The translations under genes and the position numbers were made by a program. Under the pieces are notes generated by a model that was not told the DNA's origin, ran no database searches, and saw only the letters and a program-made list of their open reading frames with translations. Shown here piece after piece: positions 23,991-37,039 of a stretch of 64,000 bases of DNA. The stretch is taken from assembly GCF_001194135.2 (NCBI RefSeq), contig NC_068988.1, positions 43,696,891 to 43,760,890 on the forward strand, in the 5' to 3' direction. Each line of letters begins with the position of its first letter. Position 1 is the first letter of the stretch. Origin of the DNA: Octopus bimaculoides (lineage: Eukaryota).

Positions 23991-24992
23991 CACACACACA
24001 CACACACACACACACNNNNNNNNNNNNNNNNNNNNNNNNNNNNNNNNNNNNNNNNNNNNNNNNNNNNNNNNNNNNNNNNNNNNNNNNNNNNNNNNNNNNN
24101 NNNNNNNNNNNNNNNNNNNNNNNNNNNNNNNNNNNNNNNNNNNNNNNNNNNNNNNNNNNNNNNNNNNNNNNNNNNNNNNNNNNNNNNNNNNNNNNNNNNN
24201 NNNNNNNNNNNNNNNNNNNNNNNNNNNNNNNNNNNNNNNNNNNNNNNNNNNNNNNNNNNNNNNNNNNNNNNNNNNNNNNNNNNNNNNNNNNNNNNNNNNN
24301 NNNNNNNNNNNNNNNNNNNNNNNNNNNNNNNNNNNNNNNNNNNNNNNNNNNNNNNNNNNNNNNNNNNNNNNNNNNNNNNNNNNNNNNNNNNNNNNNNNNN
24401 NNNNNNNNNNNNNNNNNNNNNNNNNNNNNNNNNNNNNNNNNNNNNNNNNNNNNNNNNNNNNNNNNNNNNNNNNGAGAGAGAGAGAGAGAGAGAGAGGGAG
24501 AATTATACGTACACAGATACTCACATTCACGCTCACACACATATTTTGTATATATATACAAATTTGTTTACAAATTTATAAATATATATATATATATATA
24601 AATATATAAGTGCAGATGAATGTGCGTGTGCGCATGTGCCTGCATCTGCTTCTACGTTGCATTTGTGTATGTATACATCGCCGTATCTGTTTACGGCAGT
24701 ATAGAACAGATAAGGGATGAGTCGATGGCGGCGTGCTGTACGCAGAAAGAAAAGTTGTTTAAGGAACGGCCTTGATGGTTAATATTGAAGTAATTGGTTC
24801 TTTCAGTATTTGCTCTAATTTCACTTCCTCATCTAAATGACTGCTGTACAAAACTGTTTCAATTACATCTGTTTTCATACTTTGACACTATATCTACGTC
24901 CTTTATAACCATCTTGTTTTTGTATTTGAACATCCATAAACGCATGTATGTATGTATGTATGTATGTATGTATGTATATACATATGTATTCA

Positions 24993-25049
<57 letters not shown>

Positions 25050-26573
25050 GTATGTATATATACACGAAAGAAACTAGATTCAAGAAGCTAAGTCAATCAA
25101 CTAATCCATATCCACTTTCTAAATAGCACCTCAAAGTGTATAAATATGTATTATTTGTAAGAAACACGAGGACGGATATACATATTTAACCATGTAATTA
25201 TGTGTTAGATGATCTTAATCATGTGAATGAAGACAGTCGCTGTCGACCTTTGAGGATCTGGTTACTAAGTAACCGCATTGAATTTCATATTATATCGTAT
25301 ACAAGTCTTTGTGCGCGTGTATATACATCTCTGTATATATAAGTATATGTATGTATATATATATATGCGTGCATATGTATACATAACAAATATACACGTT
25401 ATAGTATTTGTACGTGTATATACATGTGTTACATATATGTATATGTGTGTGTTTTGTGTGTGTTTATACATAGGCATAAACGTATTTATGCATGCATGCA
25501 TGTGTGCAGACACATATGCATGTAGTTTAATGTTTGTTCGTAAAAGAGAGTTGAACGGTATATAATTAAGAACTCAATGCTGTTAATGCAGAATAATTTC
25601 TGTGTTAGGCTACTGATTACTATTTTCAGAATAGTTTTAGTTTTTATAACCTCGTCCTTTGTAATGATACGAAAATAATTCTATTAACTTTGCATCATTA
25701 GATGAGTTTATTAGAATACAAAAATCTATTCGCCAATTGTAAGCTGTAAGGGAATATATGCATATATACACATACATACGTATGTATATATGTATATACA
25801 TATATACATACATACGTACAATTCTATATATATNNNNNNNNNNNNNNNNNNNNNNNNNNNNNNNNNNNNNNNNNNNNNNNNNNNNNNNNNNNNNNNNNNN
25901 NNNNNNNNNNNNNNNNNNNNNNNNNNNNNNNNNNNNNNNNNNNNNNNNNNNNNNNNNNNNNNNNNNNNNNNNNNNNNNNNNNNNNNNNNNNNNNNNNNNN
26001 NNNNNNNNNNNNNNNNNNNNNNNNNNNNNNNNNNNNNNNNNNNNNNNNNNNNNNNNNNNNNNNNNNNNNNNNNNNNNNNNNNNNNNNNNNNNNNNNNNNN
26101 NNNNNNNNNNNNNNNNNNNNNNNNNNNNNNNNNNNNNNNNNNNNNNNNNATATATATATGTATGTATGTATGTATATATGTTTGTATATATGTGTGTGTG
26201 TGTGTTTATGTATATGCTTATGTGTGCGTCTGTGAGTTATACATGTGTATAGACATATTTTTCTAAACACGCACACATACACACAGACACATACATACAT
26301 AAGCTTACACACACACATACATACATATGCTCACATACACAAACATACATTCATATATATATACATACATGCATACATGCATACATACATGCATACATGC
26401 ATACATACATACATGCATACATGCATACATACATTTCGTCCTACATACAATGTTACCTTCATTCCACCGTAGGAGCTTTGTATCTTTATTAGAAATTAGC
26501 ACTTTCCTATGTACATATATGTATGCGCTTGTAACATACATAATATATAGTGTATGTGTATATATAAATATAC

Positions 26574-26574
<1 letters not shown>

Positions 26575-26623
<49 letters not shown>

Positions 26624-26665
26624 TAATAATAATAATAATGATTATAATAATAATAATGATAATAA
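26575..26665. repeat. (TAA)n microsatellite
   Basis: Direct reading; source of the poly-Ile/Tyr ORFs. Confidence 0.95.
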
Positions 26666-27264
26666 AATATCCAGTGGTTAAGCAAGCTGGTTGCCGATCA
26701 TATGTTTGTGGAGGAGTATCGCAATCTGGAAAGTACGTTATCTGAGCCACTAACTCTTCCCGTAACAAGTTTTCAGGCCTTGTACCTAAATGAAAACGCA
26801 ATAAGAGCGGCGTATAACTACTGGGCTATTTGTTCCGTTGCTCTACATTCTGAGTTTGGACCTCGTTGAAGAAAACTTTGCCTTCCAGCCTGTAAGGGTT
26901 GAATAAACAAAGAACAAATCGATATAATTGAGTAACCCCTCACCTCAAAAAATACTGCTCATATCACGCGAGGTAGGATCTCTGCCTGTCTGAACCAGAA
27001 TATATTAAGTCTATTAGTATTCGCTATGTTAGCAATCCAATTTGCGATTGATTTATTGTGCAGCAGTTCTCTCTGAGTGTTTCCCTCAATCATTTTCATG
27101 TGTATCAGTGTGTCATGTGTATGTATGTATGTATGTATGTATGTATGTATGTATGTATGTATGTATACACACATATTTCAAGTACTAGTGACTGATTGTC
27201 ACTTATTCTTTTTTTGTATATTACGAGCTGGAGCGAATCACTGCTATCTCTAACGATCAGGTAT

Positions 27265-27313
27265 CCATCACTGAGGATGTGCACAAATAGCCCGAAACCG
27301 TACGGTCTGGTGG
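27265..27313 (+). ncRNA. Minimal type I hammerhead ribozyme motif (Penelope-type)
   Basis: ccatca-CTGAGGA-t-gtgc-acaaata-gccc-GAA-accgtacggt-C-tggtgg. Stem I is ccauca/uggugg, the core is conserved, stem III is palindromic, the GUC cleavage triplet is at 27305-27307, and stem II has one mismatch. Confidence 0.7.
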
Positions 27314-27961
27314 TCCCGTCGTCTACTAGAAGATGGTAGAGTTTTGCTCCCCTGCTTGCAATATATATTAGGTGCAGACCCCATCGATAACCAGCTGGAG
27401 GAGGCTCCTTTTGCCGTTATAAACGATAGTAAAATCGGTTCCTGCGGGACAGCTATATTGATGTAGCGATAAACATATCTTCTCAGTATAGTTACTACTT
27501 TCATCTCTTACAGAGATTTTCTGACTTGCTACTTTACTTAATATATACCGTTTTCAATAAACATACAATTTTAGAAATCAAAGTGGCGACACTACCACTT
27601 TTATTCTCTCAGTGAGCAGAAAAAATGCGGTTCCTTGGCTTGTTGGACTATAATCATAGAAATAATCCCCATTACCTGGTAACGGAGCGATTATTAGCTT
27701 AAAGCTACTTATTATTATTTTTATTGTATACATATTTTATTTGCTTAGAAAGCCAGGCTAACATTGCATGGTTTATAAGAGAGAAATATCATATATGTAA
27801 GCACAAACACACACACACACACACACGCGCACACACACACACACACACACATACACACACACACACACACACATACACTCTCTCTCACTTTCTCTCTCTC
27901 ACCCTCTCTCTTTCTCTTTCTCACATATACACATGCACANNNNNNNNNNTATCTATATCTA

Positions 27962-27996
<35 letters not shown>

Positions 27997-28699
27997 ATAT
28001 ATATATATATATATATATAAGTATCACATAGACACTCACACACACATGCGCGCACACTCACGACAAAATATAAATAACAAATGGCATGACAGGCCTTGAT
28101 TACTGGTGTTGCCTTAGAGCTCGAAGACATATTTTCTCCAATGGCCATTCGGTTCACTAAATGTATCTATGATTTACTTTGACTTGCATGTGTGTGTGTA
28201 TGTGTATGTATTTGTGTGTATATATATGTGCTTGTGTGTGTATCTGTGTGTATATATGTGTGTGTGTGTGTATCTGTATGTATATATGCGTGCGCGCGCG
28301 CGTGTATGTGTCTAGGTGTGCATGTATGAATGTATGTACATATCTGCGCGTGTTAGTGTAAATATATGAGTGCCCAAATCGTAATCCAAATGGCATTTCA
28401 GTTGACTCGGTCTGACAGCTCGGACTGGTCTGAGATGTGACTAGATAACAGTAATTTATTCTTATCTCATGCAAAATAACAACAACTTCTACTAGTACGA
28501 CTGTACTAACAGCTGGGAGAAATTCATATACCTGGCGTTACGACGTTGGGCGGACGTTTTTGTTTACAATGTCTGATTAAAATATCTTACGGTGGAATTT
28601 AATACACACATTCGGTAATGCACAGATACACAGACACAGGCACACACACACACACACACAGAGAATATTTTCTTTCTAATTTTAGCTGAAGGCTGGCAG

Positions 28700-28880
28700 T
28701 ATTAAGGGATGGGGCAGGTCGGTTATATCGACTTGACTGATACTTTATTTTGTCGACCCCGAGCAGATAAAGGGTAAGGCTGATCTCGGAATGGATTCGA
28801 ACTCAGAACGCAAGAAGCCTGAGGAAATGCCACAAAACATTTACTCCGACGCCATAACGATTCTGCTAGCTCGCCACCTT
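28700..28880 (-). mobile_element. Family D SINE
   Basis: tactttattttgtcgacccc...actcagaacg...gattctgctagctcgccacc is the reverse complement of family D. Confidence 0.8.
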
Positions 28881-29530
28881 TCACACACATGCATATAGAC
28901 ACACATAAACACACATACACACACACACACACGCATGCACGTACGTACGCACAAAACCAGCAGACAGTAGCAAAGCCAGCAGCCGGGCAGAGCACTGTAA
29001 TAAAACAAAACGATGGACGGTCGACGACAGCAATACACAATGATCAGCTAACATCAAGAAACACACGACAGTGACCACTACCATACCTAATCCAAGAACA
29101 ATATGCTTCGAGCTATCTCTGTGTTTATCGTTCGGAGTAACAATATTTTTACCTTTTTTCCGTTTACGATAAAAAACAACTATCAAAATTCTCAAGCAGA
29201 TTTCCGTCTTCTTTAACGTAACGTAAACCTCATATATTTCACCTTATATTCACCAACACAAACTTGGTACACCGCATCAAAATAAATCCCTTTCTCTCAC
29301 ACCATAAAATCATTGAATTCTGAACAGACCGAAAATGATTTACTGACCAGATACCACAATTCGCACAAACTGTGACTGAGAGGCTCTTGAAACTCTTGAA
29401 AAGGAGATTAATAAATAATTTTGAAGAACTCAATCTGGAGAACAAAGTTGAATTTTGTTTACAACATAGAGATAGTGAAAACTATAAAGTTTCGTGTTGC
29501 TATAATAATAATAATAATAATAATAATAAT

Positions 29531-29832
29531 TTATATGAGAAGTATCGAAAAAATAGCAAAGTACCAGGACCTAGCTATTGAATTACCTTGACTATGGAAA
29601 GTGCAGATAAAATGTATCCCAGTAGTTATAGGTGCATTGGGAACTATCCCCAAAGATCTGAACAGATGGACAGAGGAAATAGGCATAAAACTCAGTTTAG
29701 TACAGCTCCAGAAAACAATGTTATTAGGGACAGCTAGGATACTTAGGAGGGTTCTTGACATCTAAGGTTACTTGTTGTAGCCCGATGCTAGGATTTTTTT
29801 CCAATAGTCTAATCTGTTGAGTATATGTGAAA
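29531..29832 (+). mobile_element. R4/Dong-like retrotransposon 3' end, (TAA)n family
   Basis: EKIAKYQDLAIELP*LWKVQIKCIPVVIGALGTIPKDL...LQKTMLLGTARILRRVLDI* (stop at 29763-29765). (TAA)n at the 5' junction and a TAA/TGA tail. Confidence 0.9.
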
Positions 29833-29852
29833 ATGATAATAATGATAATAAT

Positions 29853-30595
29853 TTCTGGCAAAAGGCCAGCAATTTTGATGGGAAGCGGGAAGTCATTTGC
29901 ATCGATCCAAGTGCTCAACTGGTATTTATTATATTATTTAATCGACTCCGAAATAATTCTTTTTACTTTAGTCTCAAGGTCTGAAATTTAGTGCGAAGTG
30001 GGCTAGTCGATTTCATCGAGCCTTGTGCTCGAATGGTACTTATTTTATCAAATCTGAAAGGATGAAAGGCAAAGTCGACCTCAGCGGAATTTAAAATTCA
30101 GAACGAAAAGACAGACGAAAAACTGCTAAACATTTTGAAAAGAGCTTCAAATTTTCAATCTAAACAATTCTAGCGAAGAGGTTAGTCAATTACATCAACC
30201 ACTGGTCTTGGCTGGTGTTTTATTTTATCGACTCGGAAGGATGAAAGGTAAAGCTGATTATGACGGGATGTGAACTTGGAACATAAAAAGCCGTAAGAAA
30301 TGTCACAAGGTGTTTTGATGGACGCTGTAATGATTCCACTAAAAGAGACATCAGAATACTTATGAAAAAGAGCTGAAATACTGGCTTCAAACTTTGACAC
30401 AGGGCCAGTAATTTCGGGGCAGACGGTTAAGTCGATTACATCTTTTCCAGTACGCAACCGGTACTTAATTTATCAGCCTCGTGTGGATGAAAGATAAAGT
30501 CGACCTCGGTGAAATTTGAACTCAGAACGTAAAGACGAACGAAATGCCGCTAGATATTTTGTCCGGCGTGCTCACGACCCTGTCAGCTCGCCGTT
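29853..30595 (-). mobile_element. Cluster of four family D SINE copies or fragments in the same orientation
   Basis: Repeated gatgaaaggcaaagtcgacctc...tcagaacg motifs near 30060, 30240 and 30490, plus a tail fragment at 29853-29950. Confidence 0.8.
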
Positions 30596-30773
30596 TCAAA
30601 AGGAGATCCAGGTTTGGCTTGAAAAAGTCTACATCCACGCCGCGCAGGTCTCTCAGACTTTTACATTCCACTGCTCACATTAATTAGAATTCTAAAAGTA
30701 GGTTATTCAGTTGCCCGAATAACTCGAATACTCGTCATCGAAATCGACGGAGAATCATTTACTTTAAGTGTGT

Positions 30774-30826
<53 letters not shown>

Positions 30827-31369
30827 AATGTGTGAGTGTGTGAGTGCGTGTGTGTGTGAGAGAGAGAGTATAAATTTCCAGATTTACAAATACGTACATA
30901 CGTATCCAAGGACACATACACACAAATATACACTAAAGTACATCTTATTCATTGTAGACATACATGTATAGAAACACAGATGAACACTTACATATACACA
31001 CACGCACTCGCCCTCACACATATACTTCGACCCTTTTTGCTATCTTAAAGCACTCAAAACCACCGCACTATTTACTTTGTGTAATATATATGCCTAAGTC
31101 CGCGTGTAACGACAATCTTTGCGTGCTCGTGCTTGCACATCATGCTAACAGCCTTCATTCTAAAACGAAGTCTATGAAATTAAAGACTTGAAAAGAGATT
31201 TTATCAAAGAACTTTTTCACCAAGATGTACACTGGTTATTCTTATTATTTTTTAGATTTTAGATTTGTATTTTTCTATATTTAGCTGTTGTGTAATTACT
31301 CTCTCCCTGAGCTACATATGTATATCATAACTAGTTGCATATGTATGCATACATATGTATACTTTTGTT

Positions 31370-31712
31370 TAATCTTTTCTTTTTTTTTTTTTGTTTCAAC
31401 CATTGGATTTCAGCCATGGTGGGGCACCATCTTGAAGTGTTTTAGTCGGACAAATCGGCTCCTATACTTATGTTTAAAATCTGGTGCTTAATTTGTTCTC
31501 TTATTACAAACCGCTAAGTTACGATGATGCAATCAAAGTAACATCGGTTGTGAAGTGCTGGTGGTGGACAAACAGAAACATACATACATACATACATACA
31601 TACATATGTGACGGGTTAGTTTCATTTTGTCTACCAAATCTACTCACAAGGCTTTAGTTGGCCCGGAGCTATTGTAGAAGACACTTGACCAAAGTTTTAC
31701 GCTGTGGGACTC
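31370..31712 (-). mobile_element. Family A SINE with internal (CATA)n
   Basis: Colinear with 6445-6925 (ccgctaagttacg...gacggg...aaggcttt..ggccc). Confidence 0.75.
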
Positions 31713-31715
31713 AAT

Positions 31716-32335
31716 ATCGAATGCTAACAGCTGTAACTGTTCTATGTCCCGAAGACTGCTAAAATCTTTTGTCACTCCAGATTTACACACAACATCAACG
31801 TATGCAATATTTTCGTCCGTTCCGACATACTTGTAACATTCACGGTCGGTGACAGGGGAGATAGGTCGTCCATTGATATCTGTATTCCCCATCTGCTTAA
31901 TAATCACTCCTGAACTGACGGCCAAATACGAACACTAATCCTGACCAAATTCTATTCCTCTGTCTCGTGACAATATTCTATCCAGGTCTAACAGTCCCTT
32001 AATGTCGTGAACGTTAACTGAAAACAGCATGAGATCACTAGTATCAACTGTTTGGAAGACATTTATAATAATATCTTCTGCAGATCCTAACGTGACTGAC
32101 GAAGAGTTTTCTTTTAGAATGAATGGAATTTCAGGCAATTTATCGCCCTGGAATATTCCTGTTGATAACCTAATTTTGCTTATGACCATAGGAGGTTTTT
32201 CCGTTGATAGTGATAGCTGTGTGGAGTATATTGCGATTAGTTTCAGTAGCATACTCTATAAAGGAAGGAACCTTGGCCGTCGTAATGACTTTAGTATGTA
32301 TAAGTGGAAAATAGTCACATGTACATATGTTCGTT
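31716..32335 (-). mobile_element. R4/Dong-like retrotransposon RT core fragment, (CATA)n family (copy D)
   Basis: KIRLSTGIFQGDKLP (RT motif 4), ILSRDRGIEFGQD, and ISPVTDRECYKYVGTDENIAY, which overlaps the start of copy B. The 5' side abuts an imperfect (CATA)n tract at 32335-32395. Confidence 0.8.
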
Positions 32336-32399
32336 TTTATGTATGTATATATATATATGTATGTGCGTATGTATGTACATATATATATGTATACATGGG

Positions 32400-32672
32400 C
32401 TTGCTTACCTATACATGTGAAGTCTAGATTTGGAGGACTCAGCGGAAGAAACCTTCGTGATTCGACAGAGGATAAAGTGGCTGTAGCAACACACTGTGGA
32501 ATGCAGAGAGCAAAATAAGGTAAGACATCTTGCTCATCCAGTGCATCCGTCTCCATCTCAATCGTCGTGACCTGATCTTCGCCCCTAGACTGGACATGGC
32601 CACGGGCGAGAGAGGTTTACGGTGCACAAGTTATCAGTGACTAGATGGTCCTTGTCACTCCGACGGATGAAC
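32400..32672 (+). mobile_element. RTE-like LINE 3' end
   Basis: Homologous to 15960-16480; ends gactagatggtccttgtcactccgacggatgaac followed by (TA)n. Confidence 0.5.
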
Positions 32673-33359
32673 ATATATATATATATGTGTGTGTATGAAA
32701 GTATTTATGTATGTATGTATGTATGTATGTATGAACGTATGTATGCATGTATGCATGTATGTGTGTACGTACGTATGAGTTTGTATAAACGTATGTGTGT
32801 ATACATGTATGAAGTATGTATGTGTGTATGTACGTACGTACGTATGTATGTGTGTATGCATGTATGGATGTATGTATGTATGTATGCGTGTATGCATGTA
32901 TGCTGAACACAAGGTCCGCACTGATATGTGTGCCTATGATCAAAGATGTTCCAGACCTGATCATTCAGTCAGTTCATTTAACAATGGCCTTATTTCGCTA
33001 TCATTTGGTTTTCATTTCTAGCAAGCCGAGAAACAGCATGCAGACTTCTTCTTGAGTACGTTGTCAGTATATCATCACATGTAATATGTATTGATGTTGC
33101 ATAATCACAGAATGCGAAGATTATGCTCTTGATATTGTAGCATTCGCAGAGAAGAAATAAAAACGGTTGAAATGAATTACTTCAAATTCAATTAAGCGCA
33201 GGAACTGAAATGGGCGAACATTTATTAAAGTTTGAAGTTTGAATAAATGGAAGGCTTATAATATCATGAAGTGTGAGAAGTAGACAGACGAATAAGTATT
33301 ATTAGGCACACAAAGAAATAGCTAGCTACATAGATAGACAGAAAGACAGACAGACAGAC

Positions 33360-33432
<73 letters not shown>

Positions 33433-33746
33433 GATAGATAGATAGGATTAAGGAGATAAACGTCTAGGTAAGTTGCTTAGTTAATACATACATAAATACA
33501 TAATACACACATACATACACATATATTTTGCGTTTACAGTGAGATATATGACTACTACTGTATGAGGTAGAGATCTACATAGATTATCATTATCTAGTCA
33601 GTTTTCGGTATAGAGATTAGTCCAACACTGTATTTAGCAGTATTGTCAGTTATGATATACCGAAAATATGTAGCAAAAAATGACGATAAACACGAGTGAG
33701 TATAAATTACTAATAATTTACACGTATACTTGCCGTAATTTACCAC

Positions 33747-33821
<75 letters not shown>

Positions 33822-33926
33822 TTTCATGCGTACCTGTTGAACCACTTGTCTGTTCGCGTGCTTGATCTCTATTTGTTTACCCTTATTTCTGTGTGTGCAT
33901 ATGTGTAAGGGGGTTTACACATACAC

Positions 33927-33961
<35 letters not shown>

Positions 33962-34088
33962 TGCACACATATATTCACACACATACCTACGTACATACGT
34001 TTATCTAATATCTTTATATCGCCTTATCTACGTATATTTTAGGAAAAAGCACACGCACACAGATAGACAGATAGACAAACAGACAGAC

Positions 34089-34155
<67 letters not shown>

Positions 34156-34466
34156 CAGGTAGACAAACAGACAGACAGACATATAGATCGTTATATTACC
34201 AACAAATATACCTAATACAATTAATTTACTACCATTAGGCACAAATTAGCAATCCTGCCAACTGAAGTAAAAAGGTTAAAAATAGAGTGTTGCACAATGA
34301 GGATCATTCGGTAAGAAACCCTATATCACGTAGTTTACGGTAATGCAATAATACCGCGTCTATCTCTATTTGTGTTAAAGCTGCCTGCATGTCCTCACGT
34401 AATTTTATGCTTAATATCGCCAGATTTTAGCGTCTTATAACGTTGGTTGAGAAAGAAAGCGAGAGA

Positions 34467-34501
<35 letters not shown>

Positions 34502-34642
34502 GAATAAGAGAGAGAGAGAGGAATAAGAGAGAGAGAGAGGAATAAGAGAGAGAGAGAGGAATAAGAGACAGAGAGAGAGAGATAGAGAGAAGGAGAGGGA
34601 GACTGCGTATGAAGACAAGCAGGGTGTCTGAAAAATATACTC

Positions 34643-34686
<44 letters not shown>

Positions 34687-34929
34687 GTGTGCGTGCGCAT
34701 ACCTCCACATACATATACGTAGGGATGAGCATTTAGAATTTAACAAAGACTTTCTTTCACCTGAGGACGTAGTTTAACTTCTACATTATTTTGAAGGACT
34801 TTTGCATCTTGCATTAATGCAGGCATGTAAATTATTTGCATGTTTTTAAGTTACGAAACAATTTGTCATGATAGAATGTTCTTGCTGTTAAATGAAATTT
34901 CATCAAACTATTTCTCTGTCATTTATGAC

Positions 34930-34970
<41 letters not shown>

Positions 34971-35278
34971 NNNNNNNNNNNNNNNNNNNNNNNNNNNNNN
35001 NNNNNNNNNNNNNNNNNNNNNNNNNNNNNNNNNNNNNNNNNNNNNNNNNNNNNNNNNNNNNNNNNNNNNNNNNNNNNNNNNNNNNNNNNNNNNNNNNNNN
35101 NNNNNNNNNNNNNNNNNNNNNNNNNNNNNNNNNNNNNNNNNNNNNNNNNNNNNNNNGTAAGCAAGGTTTTGAACCATGAAGAATTTGTACAGGATTTTGC
35201 AGGGTTTGGAATTGTTTTAAAACTTGCCCAAAATAAATTAATATTGATATTTTTTCACCGTTCTTACAATCATCTGAA

Positions 35279-35355
35279 ATGGAACTGTCAAAGCGCGATA
35301 TTCGAGCAATCTTGTTATTCAACTTCAAAAGGGACGTAAAGCAGCTGAAACTACA
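35279..35355 (+). mobile_element. Mariner transposase N-terminal fragment
   Basis: MELSKRDIRAILLFNFKR followed, after a frameshift, by RKAAET. This matches the mariner N-terminus IRAI.LFEFK.GRKAAET. Confidence 0.8.
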
Positions 35356-35766
35356 TATATATATCAGACAAGCTAGAAATGTTGGCCATTGCATATTTTT
35401 CCTTTATCAGAGCAATTTTGGCTTACAGCTGTTTTCAGTAGTCATTATAGGTACGTTATTGATAAGTTTACTCAATCGGTGTATCGATTAGTTGAGAAAA
35501 ATTGAACTCCCTAAAAAAATTAATGCTACTTTCGCCAGAACCATTTCTAGCGCGCGTGCGTGTGCGTGCACATGTATATATATATATTGTGTATTTGTGT
35601 TTGTATGTTTATTGATCACTTTAAGTCGGGATCAACTTTGCCATTCATCTTTCCACGTTCGATGAATTGAAGAACCTGTCAAGTACTGGCGTTTATTTCA
35701 CTGACTGACTTCTCCCTCAAGTTTCTAATCCTGTTTATATACTAGAAACTATTGTCATTATTACTA

Positions 35767-35967
35767 CAATCTTTCTATCTTTTCGCCTTCTTTCTTGACC
35801 ATTCGTGGGACAAAATGGCATGCCACATCAACTATATAGCATATGTGATGCACCCTGTCCACCATCACTAGGTCCGGTCTGTTATGCGCTAGCACGTGAT
35901 CTGTTTGGATTGGGAAATCCCAGAGGATTTTGCTAGTCTCCGACTCCGCCACTCTCTGCGGTTTGCG
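35767..35967 (-). mobile_element. R4/Dong-like RLE endonuclease fragment (TAA/TAG-associated)
   Basis: KILWDFPIQTDHVLAHNRPDLVMVDR...IVDVAC...KKEGEKIER contains the PD-D catalytic motif. It follows (TAG)n on its sense strand and runs into tagtaataatga. Confidence 0.85.
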
Positions 35968-36294
35968 CTACTACTACTACTACTACAATTAAGGTAACTA
36001 GCTGGCTGAACTATTGTTGATATAATAAGCACCAATTGAGCATCGGGGTCGATGTAATCGATTGGTTCCCTCCAACAATTTCAGACCTGGTGTTTATGGC
36101 AGAAGGGATTATTATTTTCATAATCATTATAAGCACCATTGTATCTCTTAAGACTGGGATTTTGGATTTACAGGGTCATATACCTGATAATAACACCTTT
36201 TGATTCCTTTTCAACCCCTTTTTTTTTACTGTAGTTAACTCTCGTTAAATAATATTTTTTGTCATTTATTGCAGAATTCGAAAAAAAAAGAAAA

Positions 36295-36397
36295 AAGATG
36301 TGTCAGCCATCTCAACCGAGCACGACATTAAGATGTGTCAGCCATTTCAACCGACCACGACATTAAGATGTGTCAGCCATCTCAACCAACCACGACG
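36295..36397. repeat. 35-bp minisatellite, about three units
   Basis: aagatgtgtcagccatctcaaccgagcacgacatt at 36295, 36330 and 36365. Confidence 0.9.
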
Positions 36398-36641
36398 CTT
36401 GTCAAAGAACGAAATACAAATGAAACATTACCTAATAGAACTTAGATAAATCCGTATCTAGTTTCTCACTGGATGTCTTACACCCAGATTTTATAGTATG
36501 TTGCCACGTAATATGTCTGTCTAAACAATAGATTAGAATGTGTCCTTCGCTTGTCAAAATGCCATTTCTCTGAAATACACCCACGCTCATTTGTTTAGTA
36601 TCATCATCCTACCTACAACATAAAAGTATATAACCTAAATA

Positions 36642-36754
<113 letters not shown>

Positions 36755-37039
36755 TGTATGTATGTATGTATACATGTATGTATGTGTATCCGGTCATATC
36801 CGTCCGAAGGCAAATATATAAATACATATCTATACATGCATACGTATAAATGTTTACATACTTATAAACGTTAAATATAATTGTACGAAAGATCGGGGGA
36901 GCTTGTGAAAAACAAGAATGTTGAAAGTCAACTAACATAAAGAAGAGGAGAAGCTAATGTCAAAAATAGAGAAAATGAAGCACAGGAGTGGGAAAAATTG
37001 TATAGAAGTTTGGAAAGTTGTAACGATTCTTTTAGTCTA

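Noticed and set aside
29339-29505. Open stretch IPQFAQTVTERLLKLLKRRLINNFEELNLENK
   Set aside because: Protein-like, but no convincing donor site or recognisable family; it could be an exon or a TE remnant and I cannot support either.
36295-36397. CRISPR-like repeat of about 35 bp
   Set aside because: Units are contiguous with no spacers, in a eukaryotic context.
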